The notes: generated by a model not told the origin, from the letters alone. A DNA stretch of 64,000 nucleotides from Armatimonadota bacterium (GCA_041690135.1 JAWLHY010000001.1:416001-480000), one strand, 5' to 3'. Positions 1 to 9,696 are shown, numbered from the stretch's first letter. Numbers and translations are program-made.

Positions 1-1
1 G

Positions 2-712
2 GAGGTCGGCGTCGTCTTGAACGGCGAGGGCGGCGACCCGCTCTTCGGCGGTCCCAAGAACCTGCCCATGCTGCTCCACGAGCTCTACGCCGACTCCGGT
101 GATGCCCGCGAAGCGGCCTACCTGCGGGCTTATCAGAAGTGCTACGACGACCTGCCCACACTTCTAACCGAGCCCGTGCGCAAGGCTCTCGCCGCGGAGC
201 CGCCGCTGGAGAGCCTGGCCCGGCCGTACCTGCACGATCCGCATACCCGGCACTACCTCAACCGGCTGATGCGGATCAATACCTGTCTCAAGGGCGCGGA
301 CCACATCCTCACCAAGGTGAGTAATCTCACCAGCGCCCACGGGCTGGTGGGGCGCTCACCGCTGTTCGACCGGCGGCTGGTGGAGGCCGCGTTTTCGATC
401 CCGCCCGAGTACAAGCTCTCCGCCGCCGAAGAGAAGGCCGTGCTCAAACGGGCCGTGGCGGACCTGCTCCCCCAGGAGATCCTCACCCGCCCGAAGAGCG
501 GGATGCTGGTGCCGGTACAGGCGTGGTTCAAGCGGGACTTCAAGCGGTATGCGGCCTCGCGCCTGCTCTCGCGCGGCTCCCGCATCCGCCCCTACCTCAA
601 CCAGGACCTCATCCGCACCTGGCTGCGCTACCAGGGCAACCTCTGGCCGCGCCACGGGGTAAAACTGTGGCTGGTCCTCACGCTGGAAGAATGGCTCCGG
701 GTCAACCAGTAA
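2..712 (+). CDS. Asparagine synthase (glutamine-hydrolysing) family, C-terminal part; truncated by window start
   Basis: Frame open from the window edge; GEGGDPLFGG motif, RSPLFDRRLV, EKAVLKRAV..LLPQEILTRPKSG typical of the Asn_synthase C-terminal domain. Confidence 0.85.
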   Translation, partial: EVGVVLNGEGGDPLFGGPKNLPMLLHELYADSGDAREAAYLRAYQKCYDDLPTLLTEPVRKALAAEPPLESLARPYLHDPHTRHYLNRLMRINTCLKGADHILTKVSNLTSAHGLVGRSPLFDRRLVEAAFSIPPEYKLSAAEEKAVLKRAVADLLPQEILTRPKSGMLVPVQAWFKRDFKRYAASRLLSRGSRIRPYLNQDLIRTWLRYQGNLWPRHGVKLWLVLTLEEWLRVNQ

Positions 713-720
713 TATTCAAG

Positions 721-1389
721 ATGGACGATTTCACTCCTTTCGCACTCGAGCCCGGTCTGCGGTTCCGCCTCCAGGATAACGGTTCCGAGATCGAGGTCAC
801 CGCCTGGGCCGGCGGCAAACTGGATCTGCTTCCGGGCGCTACCCATTACGGTATGGTCACCGGGGGGAGCGCCCGCGTGAACTGGGGGGAGTTCGATCCC
901 TTTCCGCTGCGTGCCGGGATGTTCTTCGTGCTGCCGGGCCCCGCCGCGGTTCAGGGCGAACATGGCTCCGGCCTGGTCATCACCCTGCCGGACTACTCCG
1001 GGCTGCCGGCCTTCGGGGGACCGCTGGAAGGCGAGGGACGGCTCCGCTATATCGACGGCTGCTCCGATACGCTGCTCGTCGCGCCACCCCGGCTCGGTGA
1101 TCCGTGCCTCAACCACCTCCATATCCCGCCGGGGGTGAATCAGACCGCCCACACCCATCCTTCGGCGCGGATCGGGGTCATTGCCCGGGGGAGCGGCGAG
1201 TGCCGGACGCCCCGGGGTGCCTATCCGCTCCGGGAGGGGATGGGCTGGTACATTCCCACCGGTTGCCTCCACTCCTTTCACACGGAAGAGGAGTCCCTCG
1301 ACGTAGTCGCCTGGCATCCCGACAGCGATTTCGGTCCTACGAACCAGAACCACCCGATGCTGAACCGCACCCAGATTCGGACGAAATAA
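721..1389 (+). CDS. Cupin-domain protein
   Basis: ATG at 721, 8 bp after the previous stop; HTHPS..IG and WYIPTGCLHSF cupin metal-binding motifs. Confidence 0.8.
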   Translation: MDDFTPFALEPGLRFRLQDNGSEIEVTAWAGGKLDLLPGATHYGMVTGGSARVNWGEFDPFPLRAGMFFVLPGPAAVQGEHGSGLVITLPDYSGLPAFGGPLEGEGRLRYIDGCSDTLLVAPPRLGDPCLNHLHIPPGVNQTAHTHPSARIGVIARGSGECRTPRGAYPLREGMGWYIPTGCLHSFHTEEESLDVVAWHPDSDFGPTNQNHPMLNRTQIRTK

Positions 1390-1492
1390 TCGGCTGCTAC
1401 ACGTGGCGCAGGGTGGGTATATATCGACTGCGCCTCGCTCCGGTCCCCTCGTTCCAGCGTCCGGAGCCGTGATTCTGGAGCAGCACTGGTTC

Positions 1493-4400
1493 ATGTCTCG
1501 CGTTAAGCTTTCCCTCAACGGCCGATGGCAGTTCGTTCCCGATCCCAAAGATCAGTTCCGCGCCGACTCGCTGCCGGAACGGATGGAGGAGATCGAGGTC
1601 CCCGGTAGCTGGGAAGGTCAATTCCCCACCGAAGCCGGCGTCTTCGGACGCGCCTGGTACCGCCGCACGGTGGAAGTTCCGCCGGACTGGAAGGGGCGTG
1701 CCGTCTTCCTCCGGTTCGGCGCGGTGAACTACTACTGCCAGGTGTGGGTCAATGGCTCGTTCGTCGGGGACCACGAGGGCGGCTATACGCCCTTCCACTT
1801 CCGCGTCGATCCCTTCCTGGAGTCGCGGGATCGGGTGGAAGTGGTCGTCAAGGTGATCCACCCCGCGCACGCCACGCCCAGCTTCCCCGAGTTTTCCTAC
1901 CAGGAGATCGCCGGCACGCTGCACGACATGTTCGGCTATTCCATCGGGGAGATTCCCCTGGGTAAGCAGAACTGGTACGGCAGCGTCAGCGGCATCTGGC
2001 AAGATGTCTACCTGGAAGCGGTCTACCCCACCTTCTTCACCCACCTGCTGGTCACGCCGGACGTGGACGGCTCGCAGGCCCTGGTCCGGGTGGGCCTCCA
2101 CGATCCGCCGCTCAATGCCTCCGACCTCTTCCTTCACTACCGCCTGCTGGACCAGGAGGGGAAGGTCATCGGTGAGAAGAAGCGGGTGCCGCTCTCCGTG
2201 GCCTTGGGCGAAAGCCATTCGCCCGACCGGGCCATGCAGTCGCCCTTCGTCGAGCTTCCCATCGACGGCATGCGTCTCTGGCAACTGGAGGACCCGCACC
2301 TCTACCGTCTGGAGGTGAACCTGGAAGAGAACGGTCACGAGCGCGATACCCTGTCGACGCGGTTCGGCATGCGCAAGGTAGGTATCCAGCACAACCGCAT
2401 CTACCTGAACGACGAGCCGCTGTACCTGATCGGGGCGCTCGACCAGGATTTCTACCCGGAGACGAGCTACACGCCTCCCTCGGAGGAGTTCCTGCGCGAC
2501 CAGGTGGACAAGGCGAAGCACATGGGGCTGAACATGCTCCGGTGCCACATCAAGGTGCCCGATCCTCGCTATCTCGACGTGGCGGATGAGAAGGGGATCC
2601 TGGTGTGGGAAGAGCTGCCCAACTGGCTGCGCCTCACCGAGGAGTCCGGCGCGCGCGGCCGGGAGACGATGACCCGGATGATCGAGCGGGACTTCAACCA
2701 TCCCTCGACGATCATCTGGACCATCATCAACGAGAGCTGGGGTGCGGACCTGGTCGGCAAAGAGTACGACCGGCGCTGGCTCAAGCAGATGTACCACTAC
2801 GTGAAGCGCCTGGACCCCACGCGACTGGTGGTGGACAACTCCCCCTGTAACATGCCGATCCACGGCCGGAACTTCCACCTGCGGACCGACCTGGAAGACT
2901 TCCACATCTACTTCCAGATCCCGGATCACTACCACAAGTGGAAGGCCTGGGTGCGGGACTTCTCGCAGCACCCTTCGTGGACCTTCAGCCCGCATGGGGA
3001 CGCGGAGCGCACGGGCGAAGAACCGCTGCTCTGCTCTGAGTTCGGCAACTGGGGCCTGCCGACCCTGAAAGACCTGCTCACCGATTACGGCGAGGAGCCG
3101 AGCTGGTTCCGCACGGGCGTGGACATCACTATTCCGCACGGGGTGCAGCGGCGGTTCAACCGGTTCCACCTGGACGACATCTTCGGCAGTTACGACCAGT
3201 TTGCCATCGCGACGCAGTGGCAGCAGTACTTCGCGCTGAAGTACCAGATCGAGGAGATGCGGAAGTACTCCAGCCTGGTCGGGTACATCATCACGGAGTT
3301 CACCGACCTCCACTGGGAAGCGAACGGCCTGCTCAACATCTGGCGCCGGCCCAAGGTCTTCTACCATTACCTCCAGCAGTTCCAGGAACAGGACGTGGTG
3401 CTGGCGGACTGGAACAGGATCAACTACTGGGAAGGGGACCTGTGCCGCGTCTCGGTGGTCGTCTCCCACTGGAGCCGCGAGCTGATCCAGGGCTGCACCG
3501 TAGACTGGAACGTGAGCGAACTGGGCGTCTCCGGCACGATCACGGACGTGAACGTGGAACGGGCCGAATCGCGCGACGTGGGCTGCGTGAGTTTTGTGGT
3601 GCCGCAGATCGACCAATCGATGCGGTGCCGGCTCCACTTGCGCCTCAGGGATCCCAAGGGCCGCATCCTGGCGCGCAACGTTCAGTACCTCTCCTTCTTT
3701 CCTGCCTCTTGCCGGAAGCCCAGCGTCCCCTCCGAGCCGATCTGGGTCCACGACCCACTCGAATTGTGGGACCTGGAGGAGCGGATGAGCAACGCCGGCT
3801 ACCAGGTCTACCGCACTCCGGAGGGCAACGGCGCCGCGCAGCCGCCCCGGATTGCCGTGGCCGCGCGCCTGGACGAGCAGGTGGTTCAATTCCTCGAGGC
3901 CGGCGGGACCGTGCTGTTCCTGCCGCACTCCCCCGCCGACATCGACGCGGCCGTCCTGAGCCGGACTTCCATCCGGGTGCGCGACCGGCGGGCCCGCATC
4001 GACGAGCGGACCAAGGAAAAGAACCCGTGGGAGGGGGACTGGATCTCCAACTTCACCTGGTGCAAGCACGAGGGCCTGTTCGACCACATCCCGCGGGTGA
4101 TCGATAGTCCCTTCCCCGGCGAGTTGATGGATATGCAGTACTACCACGTGCTGCCGAACCAGGTGCTGCTGGGCTGGAGCCAGGAGCGGGAGTTCTCCGA
4201 TATCCTGGCGGGCATGGTCGTGGGGTGGGTCCACGCGCCCGTCTCGATCCTCTCCCAGTGCAAGTGGGGTCAGGGGAAGCTGCTGGTCAGCACGATGCGG
4301 CTGGAAAGCGCCTACGGCGATGACCCGGTCAGCACGATCATCCTGAACAACTTGCTGCGTTACATCACCGGCAGCCGGTTCCGCCCGCAGAAGGACGCTC

Positions 4401-4540
4401 GCGCCGCCAGTCGCAAACCGACCCGGACAGAATCGCTGAGCGGCCCCGCGATCATCGAGCCGATCGAGCAGGAGTTCGAAGATGAGGCGGCCCCCGTGGC
4501 GAGCGGAGGGGGAGTAACCCCGGAGTCGGGGCCGGAATAG
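1493..4540 (+). CDS. Glycoside hydrolase family 2
   Basis: LSLNGRWQF, FGAVNY..VWVNG..VG.HEGGYTPF, SGIWQDV, FGMR; acid/base NE (TIINESWG) and nucleophile SEFG. Start chosen at ATG 1493 (track uses GTG 1403). Confidence 0.9.
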   Translation: MSRVKLSLNGRWQFVPDPKDQFRADSLPERMEEIEVPGSWEGQFPTEAGVFGRAWYRRTVEVPPDWKGRAVFLRFGAVNYYCQVWVNGSFVGDHEGGYTPFHFRVDPFLESRDRVEVVVKVIHPAHATPSFPEFSYQEIAGTLHDMFGYSIGEIPLGKQNWYGSVSGIWQDVYLEAVYPTFFTHLLVTPDVDGSQALVRVGLHDPPLNASDLFLHYRLLDQEGKVIGEKKRVPLSVALGESHSPDRAMQSPFVELPIDGMRLWQLEDPHLYRLEVNLEENGHERDTLSTRFGMRKVGIQHNRIYLNDEPLYLIGALDQDFYPETSYTPPSEEFLRDQVDKAKHMGLNMLRCHIKVPDPRYLDVADEKGILVWEELPNWLRLTEESGARGRETMTRMIERDFNHPSTIIWTIINESWGADLVGKEYDRRWLKQMYHYVKRLDPTRLVVDNSPCNMPIHGRNFHLRTDLEDFHIYFQIPDHYHKWKAWVRDFSQHPSWTFSPHGDAERTGEEPLLCSEFGNWGLPTLKDLLTDYGEEPSWFRTGVDITIPHGVQRRFNRFHLDDIFGSYDQFAIATQWQQYFALKYQIEEMRKYSSLVGYIITEFTDLHWEANGLLNIWRRPKVFYHYLQQFQEQDVVLADWNRINYWEGDLCRVSVVVSHWSRELIQGCTVDWNVSELGVSGTITDVNVERAESRDVGCVSFVVPQIDQSMRCRLHLRLRDPKGRILARNVQYLSFFPASCRKPSVPSEPIWVHDPLELWDLEERMSNAGYQVYRTPEGNGAAQPPRIAVAARLDEQVVQFLEAGGTVLFLPHSPADIDAAVLSRTSIRVRDRRARIDERTKEKNPWEGDWISNFTWCKHEGLFDHIPRVIDSPFPGELMDMQYYHVLPNQVLLGWSQEREFSDILAGMVVGWVHAPVSILSQCKWGQGKLLVSTMRLESAYGDDPVSTIILNNLLRYITGSRFRPQKDARAASRKPTRTESLSGPAIIEPIEQEFEDEAAPVASGGGVTPESGPE

Positions 4541-4627
4541 CAGAAGACAGCACGGCGCATACACCTATCCATCCCCTTGGGGCGCAAATCCATGAGCATT
4601 AGCTTTGGCGGCTAGCGTCCCCAGGGT

Positions 4628-4680
4628 GCCCTCACCCCTTCCCCTCTCCCGCAGCGTGGGAGAGAGGAAGGGGTGAGGGC
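4628..4680. repeat. Long REP-like hairpin between convergent genes
   Basis: gccctcaccccttcccctctccc-gcagcgt-gggagagaggaaggggtgagggc: about 23-bp stem with one mismatch; similar CCCCTCCCC...GGGGAGGGG element near 15571-15610. Confidence 0.7.
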
Positions 4681-5064
4681 CCAAGGCGGAGCAAGTCCTA
4701 TCCCCTAAACAGAACCGCGGATTTCGAAGCTCTTCTCCCGATCTTGCAGTGCCGGCGCAGGTTTACGCCCCGAGGGGGTGCCGGCACCCCGCAGGGTTTG
4801 GAAAGCGACGTGGATTTATCCCGTCGCTTCACCCCATGCGGACAGGATTTCCGCTGTCGTGGTTAGCGGTGGCGCGGCCACGGTCGGTTCGGCGTAAAGA
4901 CAACAAGCATGGAGCTTGCGGCCGGCGCTTACAGGTCCAGTTTCCCCGATTGCTTGTGAACCGTCTGAGAACGAGCCTCCGTGAGAAGACACGAGTTGAA
5001 CTGTTTGGCACTACGCGTTCCGATCCGGTGACCGGGAACCGAAACAGGGCAAGAAGATGCCCGC

Positions 5065-5385
5065 TCACGCCGCGCGGGGGATGTCCACTGCGCCCGCTTC
5101 GGAGAGGACCGCGAAGGCGCAGAGGTAGCCGGGGGCTTCGGAAGGCTCGGTGGAAAGGATGCGCACCGGAAGCGTCTGGCCTTCCTCCGTGAGGATCCGC
5201 CCGCGTGTACCGACACTGGTCAGCAGGCGGTTCACCGCATTTCCCTGCCCGAAGGCAATGCGCAGGTAGCCGCTCGGTCCTTCCGCCTCCGGACAGAGAA
5301 CGTAGTAAACGGCGACGCGCATGGTTCCGTCGTGCAGTTCCAGGGTCCCGGCCAGGTCGTCGGTTGCTTCGTTGTCCATCGTCAT
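5065..5385 (-). CDS. Hypothetical protein (~106 aa)
   Basis: C-terminal part of track ORF 5065..6075 (MTMDNEATDD...) has globular composition and a GGAGG RBS upstream of ATG 5385. Confidence 0.55.
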   Translation of the reverse strand: MTMDNEATDDLAGTLELHDGTMRVAVYYVLCPEAEGPSGYLRIAFGQGNAVNRLLTSVGTRGRILTEEGQTLPVRILSTEPSEAPGYLCAFAVLSEAGAVDIPRAA

Positions 5386-5570
5386 GGGGGGTGTCGCGGC
5401 CTCCGTATCGTCAATGCCGCCCACCCCCATCGAGGTGCAGATCCTGGTTTTTTTGTGAGTGGTGGGAGTGGCGAGCCGGAGGAGCGCGGGCGTCTCGCCC
5501 ACCAGAGATGAGGTGATCCGCAAAGGGGGATTGGGGGAGCCGGGATGTACGGGATGGACGCGGGGTTCGC

Positions 5571-6797
5571 TCACTCTGGAGGGGGTCCGATATATCGCGC
5601 CCGCGGGCGGATCAGGCGTCCGCTGCCGTACTGTTCGATGGCGTGGGCGATCCAGCCGGCCGTGCGACCGAGAGCGAACAACACCAGGGGGGCTTCGGGG
5701 GGCAGGTCGAGGACCCGCGCCAGCGTCACCAGCGCGAAGTCGATCGTGGGATGTTCCCGGACCAGGGTGAACGCCTCGCCGGCCGTCTCCCGCGCCAGCA
5801 GCCGGGCGGGGGAGGAAGGGTAGGCCGTCTCCAGGGCTTCCAGCAGGTAGCGGCCGCGGATGTCGCCGGTGGGATAGAGGGGGTGACCGAAGCCCGGCAG
5901 GCCCTCCCCGCGACTCAGGCGACCCGCCAGGGCGGCTCCCACATCCGGCGCGCCCTCCACCTCTCGGAAGAGGGCATCCACTCGGGCGGTGTGGCCCCCG
6001 TGCCGGAACCCGCTCAGGGCTGACAGGCCCGCCCCGACCACGGCGTAGGGAGTCGCGCCGGCCGAGGCGACACACCGGGCGGTGAAGGATGACACGTTCA
6101 ACTCATGGTCCGCGCACAACACCAGCGCGGCATTCAGGAGGGGCTCCGCACCCGGCTCGTCCGGCGCCCAGGCAGCCGCCAGTGATCCCGCCAGGTTCCC
6201 CGGAAGGCGCTCACCGGTAACGGTGGAAAAGAGCAGGGAGAGGATCCGCGCGCCCGCCCCCGCGACCGCTTCGGGCCGGAGATCCCAGGCTGCCGGATCG
6301 GCGGCCCCTATCGCGGGCAGCACGGTCTGGAGCCGGTGGAAGAGGCCCAGGTGTTCCACTGCTGGTGAGAATTCCCGCACCGCCGCCTTCTCCCGCGCCT
6401 TCGCAAAGAGGGGGGCGGCCGCGACCGTCTCGCCGGTCCAGAGCAGGGTCGCCACTTCTTCGAATGGGGTCGTGGAAGCCAGTTTTACGGCATCTATACC
6501 CCGGTAGTAGAGGCGCCCGTCCGCAATCAGGGTGAGGCCCGATTCCAGAATGGGCGTGCCCCAGTCCAGCGCCCCCTGCACGGCACCCTCAGGGTCGCGA
6601 CGCCGCTCCTTCCGCGCCTGGAGCAGCCGCACGTCTTCCGCGGAGTAACGCCGTCCCCGGCGCCGGCTCTCGTTGCCTTCCGCGCTTTCGGAGCGGATCA
6701 GCCCCCGGCTCACGTAGGCATACACCGTTTCCAGCGTCACCCCAAGTGCCTCCGCGGCTTCTTTCGCGGTCAGATACTGCGACTCTCTCGCTGGCAT
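5571..6797 (-). CDS. N-terminal HTH (MerR/excisionase-like) fused to citrate-synthase-family domain
   Basis: YLTAKEAAEALGVTLETVYAYVSRGLI HTH; DHELNVSSF, RHGG, GFGHPLY, TIDFAL citrate synthase motifs. Confidence 0.88.
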   Translation of the reverse strand: MPARESQYLTAKEAAEALGVTLETVYAYVSRGLIRSESAEGNESRRRGRRYSAEDVRLLQARKERRRDPEGAVQGALDWGTPILESGLTLIADGRLYYRGIDAVKLASTTPFEEVATLLWTGETVAAAPLFAKAREKAAVREFSPAVEHLGLFHRLQTVLPAIGAADPAAWDLRPEAVAGAGARILSLLFSTVTGERLPGNLAGSLAAAWAPDEPGAEPLLNAALVLCADHELNVSSFTARCVASAGATPYAVVGAGLSALSGFRHGGHTARVDALFREVEGAPDVGAALAGRLSRGEGLPGFGHPLYPTGDIRGRYLLEALETAYPSSPARLLARETAGEAFTLVREHPTIDFALVTLARVLDLPPEAPLVLFALGRTAGWIAHAIEQYGSGRLIRPRARYIGPPPE

Positions 6798-6821
6798 TAC
6801 TCCCTCCGTCTCTCAGCTACA

Positions 6822-6869
6822 TTGATTATACGATCAACGTTGACGGGTTATCCGGTCGCGGCACAGAAT
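6822..6869. promoter_or_regulatory. Divergent promoters with TTGAT-N6-ATCAA palindrome
   Basis: Palindrome 6822-6837 contains the minus-strand TATAAT (6825-6830); plus-strand TTGACG (6840-6845), 18 bp, CAGAAT (6864-6869). Confidence 0.6.
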
Positions 6870-6885
6870 CCAGGCAAGGAGGAAA

Positions 6886-8052
6886 GTGACGATGACTGCC
6901 GACTATCGGCCCGGGCTGGAAGGGGTGATCGCTGCGAAGACGGCACTGAGCAGCGTGGATGGGACCGCGGGTGAACTATTGATCCGGGGTTTCCCGGTCG
7001 AGGAGCTGGCTCCGCGGGCCACGTTCGAAGAGTGCCTGTGGCTCCTCTGGTATGGTGAGCGGCCGGACGGCGCTCAACGAGTCGCCATTCAACAGGCGCT
7101 GGAATCGCGGAGAGTCCTGCCGGCGCCGGTGCTGGAGCTCCTGCGCCAGGCGGCCGCGGAACCCCTCGACCCGATGGATGCGCTCCGGATGGCGGTGGGC
7201 GCCCTCTCGCTGGGCACGGGTCCCGACGGGCTGGAAGCCGTTTCGACCTTCAGCAAACTAGAGTTAGAAGCGCTGCGCCTGGTGGCGGCCTTCCCGCCGC
7301 TGGTGGCCGCCTATCACCGCCTCCGGCAGGGGCTCCAGCCGCTGGAGTCTCGTCCGGATCTCGCTCACGCGGCGAATTTCCTGTACCTGCTGACCGGCGA
7401 GGAGCCGCATCCCGCTCGTGCTCGCGCCCTGGAGACCTACCTCAACACGGTGGTCGACCACGGCCTCAACGCCTCCACGTTCACCGCGCGGGTCATCATT
7501 TCTACCGGCACGGACCTGGTTTCCGCCATCACCGGCGCGGTCGGCGCGCTCAAGGGCCCGCTCCACGGCGGCGCGCCGGGCCCGGCGCTGGAGACGGTTT
7601 TCGCCATCGGCCGCGAAGAGGACGCAGAACCCTACCTCCGCGATTTACTGGAGCGGGGCCAGCGTTTGATGGGCTTCGGGCACCGGATCTACAAGGTCCG
7701 CGATCCCCGCGCCGAAGTGCTCTCCCGGGAAGCCGCGCGTCTCTTCCTGGAGGCCGGTGATCGGAACCTGTATGAGCTGACCCGCCACGTGGAGCAGGTG
7801 GCCGTTCAACTACTGGAAGAGTACAAACCCGGCCGAAGACTGCAGACCAACGTCGAGTTCTACACCGCGCTGCTGCTGCACGGCATCGGTCTGCCGGTGG
7901 AACTGTTCACCCCCACCTTCGCGATCAGCCGCGTCGCGGGCTGGACCGCCCACTGCCTGGAGCAGATGCGCGACAACCGGATCTTCCGCCCGCAGTCCCT
8001 CTATACCGGCCCCACGGGACGGCAGTGGGACCCCACTCCGAATGGGGTTTGA
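6886..8052 (+). CDS. Citrate synthase / 2-methylcitrate synthase family protein
   Basis: PGLEGV, DHGLNASTF, GPLHGGA, GFGHRIYKVRDPR, TNVEFY; AGGAGG RBS. Confidence 0.9.
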   Translation: MTMTADYRPGLEGVIAAKTALSSVDGTAGELLIRGFPVEELAPRATFEECLWLLWYGERPDGAQRVAIQQALESRRVLPAPVLELLRQAAAEPLDPMDALRMAVGALSLGTGPDGLEAVSTFSKLELEALRLVAAFPPLVAAYHRLRQGLQPLESRPDLAHAANFLYLLTGEEPHPARARALETYLNTVVDHGLNASTFTARVIISTGTDLVSAITGAVGALKGPLHGGAPGPALETVFAIGREEDAEPYLRDLLERGQRLMGFGHRIYKVRDPRAEVLSREAARLFLEAGDRNLYELTRHVEQVAVQLLEEYKPGRRLQTNVEFYTALLLHGIGLPVELFTPTFAISRVAGWTAHCLEQMRDNRIFRPQSLYTGPTGRQWDPTPNGV

Positions 8053-8179
8053 CACGGATGATACGGAGCGAGCGGATTTACACGGGTGAGCCTGTCAGAA
8101 TGAGTACCACGGAGAACACAGAGCGCACCAAGAGGGGAGGGGAAGGCGTGGAAGAGTTGAAAGCGGTGCAAGGTCAAGC

Positions 8180-8698
8180 ATGAGACCAGATTGTGTACTC
8201 ACCCCTTCAGCAGTGGAGAGGAAGATCCGGGAGGCATTCGCCGACCTGGAGATCCCGGAAGAACCACTGGTCATCCGAGCCTACCAGCAAAGCGACGAAG
8301 GGGATGCTGTGCGGAGATGCTGCCTGGGCAGAAGCTGGCAGGCAATCACCAGATCGGACATTCAGGCACTCGAAAAGGGTTGGGTCCTTACTGTCATGAC
8401 GCCGGTCGCCTGGAGATACTACCTGCCGGCCTGGATGACTGCATCCATAGACGCCTATGCGGCGGATTTCATCCCAGATTATGTAGTCAGGAGTCTCGCT
8501 GAACCTGGCGAAAGGAGAAAGGGCAGCATTAGGGTCAACACGGAAAAGCAAGCCCTGATCACTGACAGGCAGGCCGAAAGCATATTGACCTTCTTGCGGT
8601 GGATCGAGTTGCACTATGGCGAAGACGCCGACGAGTCCCTGGATTGCGCCTTGAAGTACTGGGGGTTCCGATGCAACCAACACGCGGAGCCTGGATAG
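8180..8698 (+). CDS. Hypothetical protein (DUF6714-like)
   Basis: IREAF.D...P, MTPVAWRYYLPAWM, terminal ALKYW pattern resembles DUF6714 proteins; visibly less GC-rich than neighbours. Confidence 0.6.
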   Translation: MRPDCVLTPSAVERKIREAFADLEIPEEPLVIRAYQQSDEGDAVRRCCLGRSWQAITRSDIQALEKGWVLTVMTPVAWRYYLPAWMTASIDAYAADFIPDYVVRSLAEPGERRKGSIRVNTEKQALITDRQAESILTFLRWIELHYGEDADESLDCALKYWGFRCNQHAEPG

Positions 8699-8908
8699 AT
8701 GGGTTCGTTCGGAAGCCCGATCCCGCTACGACACGTCTCGTAACCTCGCCCCGAATGATGGAGCAGGGCCCCCGGAGGCTCGGCAGGGATGACCAGTGAG
8801 GAACGTTCGAGACTGCTCCGGGGGGCTCGAGAGAGGCGCGACTGCAAATTGGGAGTTAACCGCGGAGGCTGTTGTTCCCGAGTTAGATCCCAACACGAAA
8901 GGACTGGC

Positions 8909-9688
8909 ATGCTGCCCATGAGCGAGGGAACCGTGTGGAAACGTGGGGTGGTCAGGGCCGGATGGCTCGGGCTGGGTGCCGCGCTCATCTTGTGGGTCCT
9001 CGCTCCGCGGCAACCTTCCCGGGCAGAGATGGAACGGGAACGGGTCGCCACGCCGGAGGGAATGGTCTACGTCCCCGGCGGAACGTGTCTCATCGGCTCG
9101 CCCGACCCGGATGATAGCGATGCGCCCGCCATGCGGAAGGTGTTCGTCCCTTCCTTTTACCTGGACCGCCTGGAAGTGACGAACGCCGAGTTTCGACGGT
9201 TCCGATCGTCCCACGCCTACCCGGAGGGGGAGGACCGGCTCCCCGTCACCAACGTGCAGTACGAGGAGGCGGAAGCGTACGCCCGCTGGGCCGGGAAGCG
9301 GTTGCCGACGAACGAGGAATGGGAGAAGGCGGCGCGGGGAATCGACGGCCGGAGGTATCCCTGGGGCAACGGGTGGGACCCGAAACGGGTGGCGCCGCGC
9401 GCCCGCCGTAAGCCGGTGCCTGTGCCCGATGGCGGTCACTGTCCGCCATCCCGCGTACAGCCGGTGGGGACCGTTCCGGCCGGCCTCAGCCCGTTCGGGT
9501 GCCTGGATATGGCCGGAAATGCCTGGGAGTGGGTCTCCGGGTTCCATGGGGGTAACCGGGAGCAACGGATCATCCGGGGTGGTGCCGTCGGCTACGGAGA
9601 GCGCGCTTGCCGCACCTACTCCCGCGGGATCGAGGGCGCGGGCGTTACGTGAAGGGACGTCGGATTTCGCTGCGCGAAGTCACCGTAA
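8909..9688 (+). CDS. SUMF1/FGE-sulfatase-domain protein, probable selenoprotein (UGA 9650-9652 read through)
   Basis: N-terminal TM/signal segment; EVTNAEF, RLPTNEEWEKAARG, YPWG, DMAGNAWEWV, RGG; the family-terminal GFRC motif lies after the UGA (T-U-RDVGFRCAKSP-TAA); SECIS-like hairpin at 9663-9681. Confidence 0.75.
9663..9681 (+). promoter_or_regulatory. Putative bacterial SECIS hairpin
   Basis: GATTTCGC-TGC-GCGAAGTC: 8-bp stem (one G-U) starting after a 10-nt spacer from the UGA; G at second loop position. Confidence 0.55.
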
Positions 9689-9696
9689 TCAGCACA

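Noticed and set aside
1397-4564. 1055-aa minus-strand ORF, and similar long shadow ORFs (e.g. 18210..19706, 31893..33776, 35917..37215, 58088..59401)
   Set aside because: Antisense shadows of well-supported genes, expected in high-GC DNA; no recognisable motifs.
4829-5068. 79-aa ORF overlapping the stop of 5065..5385
   Set aside because: Arg/Ser-rich, no motif, runs into a REP-like patch; coding status unsupported.
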